In this document: positions 23,800 through 56,487 of the stretch, in pieces
Numbering within the stretch: the stretch's first letter is position 1
Layout: every line of letters starts with the position of its first letter
From: Macrostomum lignano
Taxonomy: Eukaryota
Assembly (NCBI GenBank): GCA_002269645.1
Contig: NIVC01000845.1
Location: 248,001-312,000, forward strand
Reading direction: 5' to 3'
Length of the DNA: 64,000 nucleotides
Made by a program: the position numbers and the translations under genes
Notes under the pieces: generated by a model
Seen by the model: only the letters and a program-made list of their open reading frames with translations
Told to the model about the DNA's origin: nothing
The model's database searches: none

Positions 23800-24095
23800 T
23801 TTTAGAGGTGTGAGGAATGTAATCGAATAGATTTTGAGAAGTGTGAGGAATGTAATCGAATAGATTTTGAGAAGTGTGAGGAATGTAATCGAATGGATTT
23901 TGAGAAGTGTGAGGAATGTAATCGAATGGATTTTGAGAAGTGTGAGGAATGTAATCGAATGGATTCTGAGAAGTGTGAGGAATGTAATCGAATGGATTTT
24001 GAGAAGTGTGAGGAATCTAATCGAATGGATTTTGAGAAGTGTGAGGAATGTAATCGAATGGATTTGAGAGGTGTGGGGAGTGTAAGAATGGATTT
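23800..24095. repeat. 33-bp minisatellite (gattttgagaagtgtgaggaatgtaatcgaatg)n
   Basis: About 8 copies read directly. Confidence 0.95.
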
Positions 24096-25550
24096 TGAAT
24101 AATTTGAGGAATTGTTGGAATTGTCCCATATAACATGCGTGGATACCCGCGGCCGCAAGTGATGAAGTGTGAAAGTTGAAGCAAAATCAGCTGACGAGTT
24201 GCTTCATTATCGTCACGGAATTGGGTCAGCTTATAACTTGATGGAGCTCTTGCCCCTCTGGCCTTTCCCCTACATGTGCAGCCTGTCCGTTAACTCGTGT
24301 TATTGTAACGAAGGGGATTCTTGGATTCAACAACTTGATACAGTCAAGGGATAATGGAGAAAGATGAGAAGAGAAATAAATAGGAAGATTATAGTTTCTT
24401 CCGTGTCAAGCATTATCGATATTCAATGGTTATAACAACTGTATCGTTTGGTTAAAAAAGCTTCTGGATTCTTGCTATGCTTTCGTCCCAATTTAAGGTC
24501 GGAAGCACGTGCAAGCTAAAAATGGAAAGTTTTTTTCTTGTCCATCAGCAGTTGCTATGCTGCTAGGTGTTGTGTTGTTGGACGTGTTACTATGCAAGAA
24601 AATCAACAACATCAAAAGACTTTTCTGATGTTGCATGTGTTTATATCTAATCCAATTGACCGACTAATTTATGTGAATCAAGGGAAACTTCACCATTTTC
24701 AATCCAAGCTCAAGGTTTATATCTCTTCTCAACCATTCGCAATAATCACCTCTCTCTTCTCCTCTCCTCTCTCCTCTATTCCATCTCCTCTCCTTCCCGC
24801 AGTCATGTGCTAGCCCCTGAGGCTGGGTGAGGTCAGGTTTTAAGTTTGCCGACCTAAAGTTGTGCCGCTGTTTACTTGTCAAAATTATCAAGCTGGGGAT
24901 TTTATATTTTTATTTTGTGTAGTACTAATAGTGCAGTGCGAAATTTAAAGTTGGACATTTTACTAATAATAATCCGTTGTACTTATTATATAGGTGCAGC
25001 TAGGCTGAGCCAGCGACACGAGTAATAATTATACAAATTAAAATGTTAATGCCACTATAATATAATCTTATCGAAATTTAACTTTGTTTTAATTCTAGTT
25101 GTGGTTGCGGCCAAAACAATTGCCAGTGTCCCAATTGGAGCCTGCCCAACCTTAACATTCTACAAGAAAGGAAGGCCCCAGGCTATGGGGTCGTGCGGTG
25201 GTAGGGGTTTGGGGCCGGGGTCTATTAAAATTAGGGGGTGTGGGGTGGAGGCGTGAGCCGAGCCAATAGCGACAGGCTAATAAAAGCTAGACTAAGGGGG
25301 TTGGTTTGTAAGGAAGGAAGGAAGGCCAGGCGGACTAAATAATAATAAAACAACCGGAGAAGGCCCAAGTTCCGTTCAAGGCGGCGAAATTTTACTTTTT
25401 ACAAAAAAGACAACAAATTTACACGAAACAAGCGGTGGATTTCTGTCTGCGTGTCGCCACTTGCGACGAGCGAAATACACAGAAGTAAGAAGAAGCTGCC
25501 TAAACTGCCTAATCCATCCGGAGCTAATTTCCGAAATCCGAGCTGAACGG

Positions 25551-25704
25551 ATGGATTCAGTTCAATCGAGAAGAGACATTCTTATTCTATTGCTGCTTGC
25601 ATTGACTATTCATCTGCACAATATTGCTGTGGCTGAAGCTGCCAAGCCACCAACTGACTCTGTTATTGATACCGGAGCTAGACAGTCTAGCAGCAGTCAT
25701 CTGG
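25551..25704 (+). CDS. Isolated signal-peptide-encoding first exon, probably a distal alternative first exon of UNC-5
   Basis: MDSVQSRRDILILLLLALTIHLHNIAVAEAAKPPTDSVIDTGARQSSSSHL-G, ending at a strong phase-1 donor G|GTGAGT; hydrophobic core plus A-x-A cleavage pattern. The nearest same-strand secretory-pathway gene I found downstream is UNC-5. Confidence 0.6.
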
Positions 25705-25944
25705 GTGAGTTTGTAACTTTTAATTTGAAGTTCTTATCTAATTTAGTTAATTGAATTGATAATTGTTTGCGAGACGCCAATAGTAATGCTTGTTAGTGTT
25801 TGGCCTTGAAAGCGCTTATTTAGTTAATTCACTTTCACTACTATGTAGAACACTTTTTAGGGGTCAGTTTAACGGTTGAGTTTCTTTAGATTTACATGCT
25901 GACATGCGTGTCACGTGTACGTGTCACGGGGAGCCATTTTCTGT

Positions 25945-27300
25945 GTGAGGGCGCCAATCTTAGGTGTGTGGGCGGGGCGCCAATTTTAGGTGTGGGGGCG
26001 CCAATCTTAGGTGTGAGTGGGGGCGCCAATCTTAGGTGTGGGTGGGGGCACCAATCTTAGGTGTGTGGGCGGGGCGCCAATTTTAGGTGTGGGGGCGCCA
26101 ATCTTAGGTGTGGGTGGGGCGCCAATCTTAGGTGTGGGTGGGGCGCCAATCTTAGGTGTGGGTGGGGGCGCCAATCTTAGGTGTGGGGCGCCAATCTTAG
26201 GTGTGGGTGGGGGCGCCAATCTTAGGTGTGGGGCGCCAATCTTAGGTGTGGCCGTGTGGGGGCGGGGCGCCAATCTTAGGTGTGGGGGCGCCAATCTTAG
26301 GTGTGGGGGCGCCAATCTTAGGTGTGGGGGCGCCAATCTTAGGTGTGGGGGCGCCAATCTTAGGTGTGGGGCGCCAATCTTAGGTTTGGGGCGCCAATCT
26401 TAGATGTGGGGGCGCCAATCTGAGTGTCAGGCCGGAGAGGCGCCAATCTGAGTGTCAGGTCAGAGAGGCGCCAATCTGAGGGTCAGGTCAGAGAGGCGCC
26501 AATCTGAGTGTCAGGTCAGAGAGGCGCCAATCTGAGTGTCAGGTCAGAGAGGCGCCAATCTGAGTGTCAGGTCAGAGAGGCGCCAATCTGAGTGTCAGGT
26601 CAGAGAGGCGCCAATCTGAGTGTCCGGTCAGGGGGCGCCAGTCTCTAACAGTCAGGTCAGGGGGCGCCAGTCTCGAACAGTCAGGTCAGGGGGCGCCAGT
26701 CTCTATCAGTGAGGTCAGGGGGCGCCAGTCTCTAACAGTCAGGTCAGGGGGCGCCAGTCTCGAACAGTCAGGTCAGGGGGCGCCAACTTCTGGCAGTCAG
26801 GTCAGGGGGCACCAGTCTCTAACAGTGAGGTCAGGGGGCGCCAGTCTCTAACAGTGAGGTCAGGGGGCGCCAGTCTCTAACAGTCAGGTCAGGGGGCGCC
26901 AGTCTCTAACAGTCAGGTCAGGGGGCGCCAGTCTAACAGTCAGGTCAGGGGGCGCCAGTCTCTAACAGTCAGGTCAGGGGGCGCCAGTCTCTAACAGTCA
27001 GGTCGGAGGGGCGCCAACCTCTGGCAGTCAGGTCGGAGGGGCGCCAACCTCTGGCAGTCAGGTCGGGGGGCGCCAACCTCTGGCAGTCAGGTCGGGGGGC
27101 GCCAACCTCTGGCAGTCAGGTCGGGGAGCGCCAACCTCTGGCAGTCAGGTCGGGGGGCGCCAACCTCTGGCAGTCAGGTCGGGGGGCGCCAACCTCTGGC
27201 AGTCAGGTCATGGAACGCCAACCTCTGCCCTCTGGCAGTCAGGTCGGGGGGCGCCAACCTCTGACAGTCAGGTCGGGGGGGGGGGCGCCAACCTCTGGCA
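25945..27300. repeat. Composite GGCGCCA-core minisatellite with four successive unit types (about 20-30 bp)
   Basis: Units read directly: ggggcgccaatcttaggtgt, then gaggcgccaatctgagtgtcaggtca, then gggggcgccagtctctaacagtcaggtca, then gggggcgccaacctctggcagtcaggtc. Confidence 0.95.
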
Positions 27301-28049
27301 GTCTATATCATAATCTGTCATTTTCACCGAAAAGCAATCTATGCCATGATCCAATGAGTGGCATGACTGAAGTCTGAAATGGTAACAACAATAGAAGAGG
27401 CTCCCTCAGAAGGATCTTATACTTCATGATGTACGCGAGTCTTGCCAGTTGTCATTGCCTAGTTTCCAGTGATGTCAACCCGTATAAATTAAATCCGATC
27501 GCCATATCCGATCGCCATTATCACCATGATGATCGTATATCGCACAATGCAATGCAGATCTAAATATGAAATATATAAGTATGCAGGGTAGTCAAGTAGA
27601 TTTAGAAATGACATGTAAAAGCTATGAATATGTAAAGCCAGTAGTCTGCTCTAGGGCGGCCACTGATAATATCGTGCATCTCAGATATCCCCCATATAGT
27701 CTAAAATAGTAACTATGCGATGCAACTGAAGAAGGTTAAGAAGAAAGCCCTGGCTTCTATACAGGCCTATAATTATACACACCCCTTGATCGAACTATTC
27801 GAAACTCAAAGTTGAGGCGTTGGCTCGAGGTGCTTACTTAACACGCAAATACTGAGCTAAGAGCAGCCATGAAATGTTAAATAATTTAATAATTACCACT
27901 TTGAATTGACAGACTTGTTGAACATTGAAAGACAATTATGAAACTTGATACGCGGGAATTGCACCGTTTCTTTTTACAGAGCAATGATTTTTCAAGGTGT
28001 CCTCCTAACCCTACATTTTGGGTGGCACGTGGGATTGGAATAAGCTTAT

Positions 28050-28102
28050 ACTGTCTGTGTGTCTGCTGTCTGTCTGTCTGTCTGTCTGTCTGCCTGCCTG
28101 CC

Positions 28103-28199
<97 letters not shown>

Positions 28200-28202
28200 G
28201 CC

Positions 28203-28287
<85 letters not shown>

Positions 28288-28290
28288 GCC

Positions 28291-28339
<49 letters not shown>

Positions 28340-28358
28340 GCCTGTCTGTCTGTCTGCC

Positions 28359-28419
<61 letters not shown>

Positions 28420-28448
28420 TAGTGTCTTTCTGTCTGTCTTAGTGTCTT

Positions 28449-28479
<31 letters not shown>

Positions 28480-28501
28480 TAAGTGTCTGTCTGTCTGTCT
28501 G

Positions 28502-28586
<85 letters not shown>

Positions 28587-28589
28587 GCC

Positions 28590-28630
<41 letters not shown>

Positions 28631-28772
28631 GCCTGTCTGCCTGTCTGCCTGTCTGTCTGCCTGTCTGTCTGTCTGTCTGTCTGTCTGTCTGCCTGTCTGT
28701 CTGCCTGCCTGTCTGTCTGCCTGCCTGTCTGTCTGTCTGTCTGCCTGTCTGTCTGTCTGTCTGTCTGTCTGT
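28050..28772. repeat. (TCTG)n microsatellite with CCTG and TTAGTG variants
   Basis: Direct. Confidence 0.98.
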
Positions 28773-29639
28773 GGAATCCAACGGTCTACCTAATGCCATT
28801 ACTTAACTAATAATTCGGTTAGGCTAAAAAGCAATATCGTTTAACAATATGCAAAATGACCAAGCAAGCGTGAGAGGAGGGAGGTAACTTATGCTGCGCA
28901 GCCTTGCATGGTTGACAGACGGACAGACCTGTTGCAAAAAAGCACGCTTGAGCGCTCCCCGTTCCCGTCTCGGAGAAGCAGCAACAGCAGCAGCAAAAGC
29001 AACGCTTGTCACTTTCGTTTATCCAAAATGTTTGCGTCCTGAGAGAGTGAGGGGGGCATGCCGCACAGCGCAAATGGGGTTTCAAGATTTTCTAGAACAG
29101 TTCCTGCAGCATGCAGCAGTAATAATACCATCAGTGAAGCACGTGGATGCCATGCAGAGTCCGCATACACGACCATTTGCGCGGATAACGCATTTCACGG
29201 TTTTTAATCGAAGGTTCCCGAATATCATATCTGTATAGATGGCATGTGCTGACTGATCGAGGCTCTGTAGATGTGGTGACGCACTGGTCTGTTGTGTTGT
29301 CTGTCGCTACTTCGTATTTAAGATCAACTGGCTATAAAAACAATGCTAAAAAAGCAGCATGGGAATCTAATTGAGGGATCCCTCATTTACTCGTACATAC
29401 TCGAATGCTTGACATTGACACAGGCACTCAGTCTGACTCTCGCTCTGACTCTAGCTAAAAGCAATATCAAAACAAAAAGTCCTACTTTATCCTCTATCTC
29501 TTCAAGCAGTTGATCCGTTCTTAATTTTTCTTCGTCATTGATAAAAGACAGCCCCCTGATGACCTCAGTGCATGTAAATCATCTTTATATTTTTGGACGG
29601 GTTCATGAATTTTTTGGTAACCTATAGTTTAGCCTTCTT

Positions 29640-30490
29640 AATGTAGACTACCTCTCCTCCACTTTACCTCTACTCTAACTCATTTTTCTCGTCTCTTCTA
29701 CTTTCTATCTTCACTCTACCTCTGCTCACTATCTACATTCATTCTCTTCTCTCCTCTCTTCTCTCCACTCACCCTCTCCACCCTCACCTCTCCATCCCTC
29801 ACTCTCCCCTGTTTCCCTCTCCCTCTCCACCCCTCACTCTCCCCTCTCCCCTCTCCCTCTCCATCCTTCATTCTCACTCCCCTCTCCCTCTCCATCCTCC
29901 ACTCTCACTCTCCACTCTCCTCTCTCCCTCTCACTCTCCATCCTTCACTCTCACTCTCCACTCTCCCCTCTCCCCTCTCCATCTCAATCCTTCACTCTCA
30001 CTCTCCTCTCTCACCTCTCCCTCTCCATCCTCCACTCTCACTCTCCACTCTCCCTCTCACTCTCTACTCTCCTCTCTCCCCTCTCCCTCTCCATCCTCCA
30101 CTCTCACTCTCCACTCTCCCTCACTCTCCACTCTCCTCTCTCCCTCTCACTATCTACTCTCCTCTCTCCCCTCTCCCTCTCCATCCTCCACTCTCACTCT
30201 CCACTCTCCCTCACTCTCCACTCTCCTCTCTCCCTCTCACTCTCCATCCTTCATTCTCACTCTCCTCTCTCCCTCTCCCTCTCCATCCTCCACTCTCACT
30301 CTCCACTCTCCCTCTCACTCTCCACTCTCCTTTCTCCCTCTCACTCTCCATCCTTCACTCTCACTCTCCACTCTCCCCTCTCCCCTCTCCATCTCAATCC
30401 TTCACTCTCACTCTCCACTCCCTCTCCATCCTCCAGTCTCCCTGTCCGCTCTCCCCTCTCCCCTCTCCACTCTCCCTTTCTGCTTTCGCT
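29640..30490. repeat. Pyrimidine-rich (ctctccact-type) degenerate satellite
   Basis: About 850 bp almost devoid of G on the plus strand, with internal duplications. Confidence 0.9.
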
Positions 30491-31159
30491 CTCTCTGATT
30501 ATCCTCAAGTACATCTATTTCCCCTCCTTTTCTTACCTTAACTCATCTTTCACCCTTGCAGACTATTTTAGGTCATTACTCTAAATGATTACTTAGTGTG
30601 ATTTAAGATAGCATTGATTACATTAGAAGGTCAATCATAGTAGGGCTTACTAATACTTGCCAACACACAGAGAGGTCAGAATGTCTATCGCTCATCCTTG
30701 GCAGCCAGTGCCAGCTTGTCGCATCTGTCAACTTAAAATTTGGCGCGAATCCATCAGTGTTATTCTCGTAAAAAAATGGTCACCACAATATTTCTCTTGG
30801 CAACGACCTTGGTGACTGATGACGCAAACAAAGGCGATGTCAACTGTTTTTTGGCATAAATAAAGTTTTAGGGATAAACTTTCGTGATTTTGTAGGTAAT
30901 GGTGGGTTCAAATTTGTTTTTTACCTATTTTAGATCCAATCAGATTACCAAATTTGCATTGCACAGTCATCAATCTTGTATTTTTGTCAGGTAGCTTTAG
31001 ATAATCTACTAAGCGAAAAACTAACCTAAACTCGGATATCCCGTCACCATCGCTACGAGTGGATAATGCTGTTTTGTGTAAATCCACAAGACCTGTCTGT
31101 CTGTAGTGCCACTGGCTCCGAAATCATGACTGAATTCTATCGGTGTGTGAACGTGAAAG

Positions 31160-31702
31160 AAGGAGTGAAGCGGAGTCCCAGTGAAGGAACAGAGAGAGGG
31201 TAGCTGAGTCCCAGTGAAGGAACAGAGAGAGGGTAGCTGAGTCCCAGTGAAGGAACAGAGGGAGGGTAGCGGAGTCCCAGTAATGAACAGAGGGAGGGTA
31301 GCGGAGTTCCAAGCAAGGAACAGAGGGAGGGTAGCGGAGTTCCAAGCAAGGAACAGAGGGAGGGTAGCGGAGTTCCAAGCAAGGAACAGAGGGAGGGTAG
31401 CGGAGTTCCAAGCAAGGAACAGAGGGATGGTAGCGGAGTTCCAAGCAAGGAACAGAGGGAGGGTAGCGGAGTCCCAGTGAAGGAACAGAGGGATGGTAGC
31501 GGAGTCCCAGGGAAAGAATAGAGGGAGGGTAGCGGAGTCCCAGTGAAGGAACAGAGGGAGGGTGGCGGAGTCTCAGTGAAGGAACAGAGGGAGGGTAGCG
31601 GAGTCCAAGTGAAGGAACAGAGGGAGGGTAGCGGAGTCTCAGTGAAGGAACAGAGGGAGGGTAGCGGAGTCTCAGTGAAGGAACAGAGGGAGGGTAGCGG
31701 AG
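31160..31702. repeat. 33-bp minisatellite (gaaggaacagagggagggtagcggagtcccagt)n
   Basis: About 16 copies read directly. Confidence 0.95.
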
Positions 31703-32599
31703 ACATTAATTTTGTTTACACTCGTTTAGTCCCTAGTTTCAAAAAAATATCGTACTACTTGACCAACATAATCACTATACTACTTGCCAGCAGTAGCGTT
31801 TCAAGCAGCTTAGTAGCTTAACTTTAGCGTTTCTGGAGCGGATTGTTTCGTTTTTACTTTCATGCTGAACTACTATACTGCCTTATTGCTACTTTTAAGT
31901 AGTAAAATACTGCGATGTTTGCTAAAAATTTTATCTACAATAAATTAGGGCCTTATTTAGTCAGAATTTTTAAAAACACCCGGAACTGTGCAACTTTTAC
32001 TGCCATTTTCATTTTCGTGTCCATGCTAAGTCCCAATCAGATGTAGATGGTAACATGGTACAAGTGACATGGCCAAGGGACATGGTGGTGCTTGATATGC
32101 GGGGGTTCAAGTTTCCGTCGCTTCCTGTCAGCTCTATAATCTCTACAGAAATGATAACCGATGTTTCAAGTTAGGCCTGGGTGCAAGGCTGCCAGGGGCC
32201 TCTCTGTGATGCGATGCGCCAGTGTGCAGGCTTTGTGGCGATAAAGGATTCTGTGAGTGACGTAATCAGTTGAGAGAGGCTTTCACAGATTAACGGCACA
32301 GATAAAGGGGGAGGGTGGGGACCAGTTCTGTATTTGGCCCGGGGCTTCTAGCAAGCCAAGCCCTTGTCGGGCAGTGTGCGGCTGGATGGATGTCTGGATA
32401 AGGGGATGGGTCTAGGAGCTTTGATACATCGGAAATTTATTACATATTTGTGATTCCCCATAGAATCGGGCGACGACTGTGCAGTGAGCAGCGCTGTAGA
32501 CTCTTTTTAATAAACTTATCAAACAGCATCATACTTTAGTCTTGCTTAGAGCTTTTCTAACGATTGCATTGGATGGATAGATAGACCGACAGTCAGCCG

Positions 32600-32713
32600 C
32601 TAAGAAGACAGACAGACAGACAGACACTAGGACAGACAGGCAGACAGACACTAGGACAGACAGACAGACAGGCAGACAAACAGACAGACAGGCAGGCAGG
32701 CAGGCAGACAGAC

Positions 32714-32779
<66 letters not shown>

Positions 32780-32815
32780 ACAGACAGACAGACAGACACA
32801 GGCCAGACAGACAAG
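32600..32815. repeat. (CAGA/CAGG)n microsatellite
   Basis: Direct. Confidence 0.95.
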
Positions 32816-34194
32816 CTTTTCTAATTGAAAACCGAAAAGAAAATATTAAAAAAGTATATTGAAAGACTATATTTAGTTCCCAGTTCTTTCCAATTCCCGA
32901 TTTCAACTTCATATTGTTTACGCACGGTGGGTGGCCCCCTCTCCCTTCCCATCGAGTGTCTTAAAGCCTCCGTACAGTTTATTTAGTGGGATTCGAGGAT
33001 GCCCGATTTTTTTTACGAAAAAGGCTCCCCGCAACGCAACCTCTGTGCTGGGTCGCTTTCGTTTTGGTATCCTAACCACCTCATTAAAGGCAAGACTTGT
33101 AAGTAATGGCAAACCTCATCCATTCACTGCTGCATCCGCAGACGAAATCATAACTTTTCATCCTGAAAAGGCATGTTCAAAAGGGAGAGTGAGTGAGTGG
33201 GAGTGAGTGAGTGCGTGTGTCAGAGAGCGGCCTGCAGGCTCCATTCATTCAGCCGAATGCAGGTCCTGATCTTTATCCGAGACCGCCGCTTCCGTATAGG
33301 AAGAAGCCAAAGCCAGGCCTGTAAGCTCTTTGTTCGATCCTTTGACTGCAGGGAATGGCAAAAGGAGGATTGAGGGGCTATGGCCAGCATCTTGCTGCGG
33401 TCATTAAAATTTGTCAGTATATGTGCAGGCCAAAGCTAACATATATCTAAGGCTTGAAGGATTTGTCCGATAAGAATTGGAGGGTTAAAATCGAGACCAA
33501 CCCCGATTTGGGAAGTGTTGTTCGGCTCAGGAGAACTTACAATTCGGTCGCAAATGCTAATCCGGCACTCTATAGGCAGCACCTGTCTGGTTGGTATTAT
33601 ATGAACGTGGCACCTGATCCATGCATCGCTCTTATCATGGTCCTATAACAGCTAGCCTTGTCTTTGTCTGGCTGGAAAGCTAACACAAACTGCGTATCTT
33701 GTAGTGCAGATCTATGCTGTAACGCAGTTAATGTCTGCATGCTTGGTTTGGTTGCTACCCCGGTTGCTACACGAAACAGTCGGTTCTGTGTAATAAGTGC
33801 AATAAGGTATTATTATAATTCAAGCCATCGAGTTTGCAGTTGCTGTTCAATGATAAGTAAGCAAGGATTTTTAGTGCCGATGCACCTATTTTTCTGCCTC
33901 TCAGACAGACGTCAAGTGTGTTTATTACGAGCTATCATGTTTATTTGTTCCGCAAAATTTACAAGCCCGGCAATAGAAGGATAATAATAATAATGTACAC
34001 TGACATCAGCCACAGAGAGAAGACTAAAAAAGCACTTGATCGGGATAGGAAAGTGTACTTCGATTTTGGCAAAAACGATATTTACCAACGAGACATACCT
34101 TAGTTCAGATTTCTTCTCAAAGAAAGTCATTAAAATTCCATATAACTTGTTTGACAACTAAATTACGCTCGAATAAAAGCGTAACTTTTCGACA

Positions 34195-34400
34195 AAGATT
34201 TGGGAGAAGAATGAAGAGAAGATTAGGAAGAAGAAAGAAGAGAAGATTAGTGGGAAGAATAAAGAGAAGATTAGGTAAAAGAATGAAGCGAAGATTCGGG
34301 AGAAGAATGAAGAGAAGATTAGGGAGAAGAATAAAGAGAAGATTAGGGAGAATGAAGAAAAGATTCGGGAGAAGAGGAAAAGGAAGGAGAGGAGGGAGAC
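34195..34400. repeat. Purine-rich degenerate repeat (ggagaagaatgaagagaagatt, about 24 bp)
   Basis: Direct; produces a spurious Arg/Lys-rich ORF. Confidence 0.85.
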
Positions 34401-37400
34401 AGCAACGAAAGTATAGGAGAGGTTTGGAAGATATTTTGAAGTTGATTAGGCATGCAGGCGCGGAGTCGGTTGCAAGTCAGTCTGCGTGGCATAGAGCTAG
34501 GAGTGAACTTATAGTCGCCATCTCAGTTGCGCTGCCCCCAAATGCAATGAAATAGATTGATACTCGATCTATCTATCGAATTGCTTGCCTCCTAAACTCG
34601 AATCCCAGCTTAAGACAATCCTAATCCCGCCGTGCAGAAGATTAGAAAAAGATCTCTGCGGAGGGAGGCGGATATTTGATTCTCAATTACGGGATTGACT
34701 TTCAGTCGCAGCGCCCAATGCCTGGAATTATGAAATTGTGCCGCTTATTAGATTGGGCAGCCGCTTCCGTTCGAACTCTGTAGAGGAAATGAGCCTTTTT
34801 GGTTCGGCTGCAACAGGAGCAATTCCTAACTTCAAGCTGCCGGATGGTCAGCCAGAGCTGTCCTCGACTCAAAGCCTTAGACACTGATAATATTGTATTT
34901 TTGCAGTCTATACGCGAGACACCTGAGTTCGACAGAGTTCTTTCCTGTTCGTCATGCCAAAATAACACTAAGCAATATTGACTTCAATAATGCTTGTTTT
35001 TATCATAGAAGCCACATTTCCGCAAGCTTCTGATATAAAATTTACTAAATTATCAGGAAAAGAGGAAACATAAACACGAGTGGAACTCCTCCTTCGGAGG
35101 AGGAAAGGGAAGAACTCCCATCGCCGGAACTCCATTCCCTGAAATCTATCAGCTAAAATCCCATGATTTGAATCCCATCTTCCAAATCGTCTCCAAATCC
35201 TCTACAAAACATTTTAAACACCATATCTTGTTTTCTCTGTTTGCAAAAACTGACTGCCATTGTCCAGACTCCAGACCCAGCCTCTCCTGTCTCCTCTCCT
35301 CTTTGCTCTCTCATCTCTAGTCTCATCTCTTATCTCTCCTCTCTGCGCTCTTATCTTTATCCTATTCTTTCTCCTCACTACTTCTCTCCTCTACTGTCTT
35401 ATCTCTCTCATCTCTGATATTTCATCTCTCGTCTCTCTCTTCTATTTCCTCTGTACTCTTTTATCCCTCCTCTCTCCTCTCTCCTCTCATCTCTCCTGTC
35501 TCCTCTCCATAGAAGTGTGACGTCTCACGATAAGAACGGCGAAATAGTTAGTCAATTATGTCGAGGATTGCGAGTGGCAGAAAAGAGGGGAGGGACAAGA
35601 GGGAGACAGGAATACAATCTGGCTGTAGGGACACAGGTCACTTATTTCGTCGAATTGAAAACTACTGTGCTCAGCTTTATGCCATATAGACACGTCAAAT
35701 TCTGAGCGTCTGCGTTGACGAATTTTGTTCGAAAATGACGAAAACTTACAAGTGTTTACAATTGAACTGTTTTGACGTTTTGAACTTATTCAATGAGAGG
35801 GAGTGTCACAACCTGTACATTTATTTTGGCTCCTTTTTATTAAAACACGAGTTACCATTCACGTGATAGTTGTGTTCTTAACTTCTTACTTCTTATCCTA
35901 GTCTGAAATTTTCCTCGATACAGACTGGGATTCTTTGTGCGATGCCTGTCAATCTTGAAACAAATGTTCAAAGCACGTGTACAGTGCAGCAGTTATTTTT
36001 AGTAATATTACTATAATAGTTGAGAGGCAGGTCAAGCCCTAGCTGAATCAGCAGTTGGTGCTCCTCCAGCTGTCTTTTGATCGCTCGAATCGGGCTCTCA
36101 GATCAGCCAACTGCAGCGGAGGCAATAAAATCGCGCGCACCAGTTCTGCTATATTGCCACCGGGCAACCTCGCCTCCGCCTTCTCACTTTGTTGTCCGCT
36201 CTGGCGGGGAGGGGCATTGTTTTAACGCCCGCTTCGCAGTCAAGAGATGGCAGCTGGACATTGTGAGCTGAAGTGGTGTCACTGCAAGCTTCCCAGTAGT
36301 ATAAAGCTTGGCTTTATTTCATGTTTTATATGCCTCACTGGGGCTTGAGAGGGAAGAGCCCACCTCACTCAGCACCTGACCTTGTGGACTGCTAAGTCCG
36401 TAGCCATTTTAATACAGGCTATAGGGCCGAGAGACAGGGAGAGCAATAATGAAAGTGGGATAAAGACTGCCTGATCCAAATATGGCTTATGCAGGACTAT
36501 GCCTAATCCGGGTTTTACAAGGTTCCCTGCCTGACTAATATACAGGCATGCATAGCAGCAGCAGAGGTCGCTCACCTACTCACACCCGCGCTAGTCACTC
36601 CTTGCACAATGCTGCTCAAAAATGCTGCATTGCTCAGCAGTAGCGATTTTATTACGTCGGTCGTAAAGTTTCATCACCAGTGGGGGACAGAAAGAGAACG
36701 ACAAGGCAAAACTGAGCTGCTTACTGCTTTGCTCTCATGCGTTGTTTCTCGAACTGCCTTCACTTGACTGGAACAATTTCTTGGGAAAGCAATTATTCTC
36801 CTTAGCATCAATACAGATTATATTACAGAAACCGCAGTAAAAGCACGCGAGCAATGATACTTTATCAAAAAAATATTGTCTTCGACCTTACGTAATCAAT
36901 TGTCCATGCTTAGACCGTAGGAGGAAGACGCAGAGGGATAAAGAGAGGCTCCAATTCTACATGCATCGAGAGAAAAATGTAAACTTAACTCAATGAGCTG
37001 CGCCTTGACTCAATAATTATAGGCATAGCCATGTGAGTCTATTAATGTTATAAGCTGCTGATGCAGTGTATATGGGGAGAGAAAGTCAATCGACTCCTAA
37101 GTGAAGAGAGAAGAGGAAAGTGGAGAGACGGACTGACTTGTAAGAGTTGTTGTTTCCTTGAGAGCCATTGTCCAAACATTGCGTGCTCAATGCGGTGCGC
37201 ACTGTTTAGTCCTGTCCATGCAGTTGTATTTTCATGTAACGTAAAAAAACACACGCCTCTCAGCTCAATGGGTCTATCGGACTTCCACTTTCTAACTCTC
37301 TCGCTCTGGCCCTTAACGCTTCCCCGCTCAGACTCAAACTTAGCAACGCGTGTTACTATATTATGAAGCAAATTCAACATGGGGCTTAAGAATGACAAGC

Positions 37401-37687
37401 CGGGCTTTGACTATAGTTTAGGGCTGTTGCAATTTGGCATTATACACTATAGGCAGGACCGGTATTGGCTGACTGGCCTGGGCCAATCCGATTTCTTCGA
37501 CGCAGGTTTGCAAGCTTTTGACGCTTGTAATGCTGGGGAGGAGTGGAGGGAGAGAGAGTGAGCGGCTTCTCGTGGTTTTATAACAGCCCCGCCGACTGAA
37601 GAAACTGAGAACAGCTTGTAGTGGCAGGAATTACAACTTGCTGACTATTGTTGGCTCCGATCCAACTGTTGTCTGTATTGTTTCAAT

Positions 37688-56369
<18,682 letters not shown>

Positions 56370-56487
56370 GACTGGCACCTTCGACTGGGATGAGAGTTTT
56401 TGTCTAGTTTTTAGGCAATTTAATGTCAAAGCTTTGTGGCTCCGCGTGTGGGATGGGGGTCCGTATTCGATTTCATTGCTTTCGCGA

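Noticed and set aside
34740-34890. Coding-like stretch (LGSRFRSNSVEEMSLFGSAATGAIPNFKLPDG)
   Set aside because: No recognisable domain and no convincing splice context.
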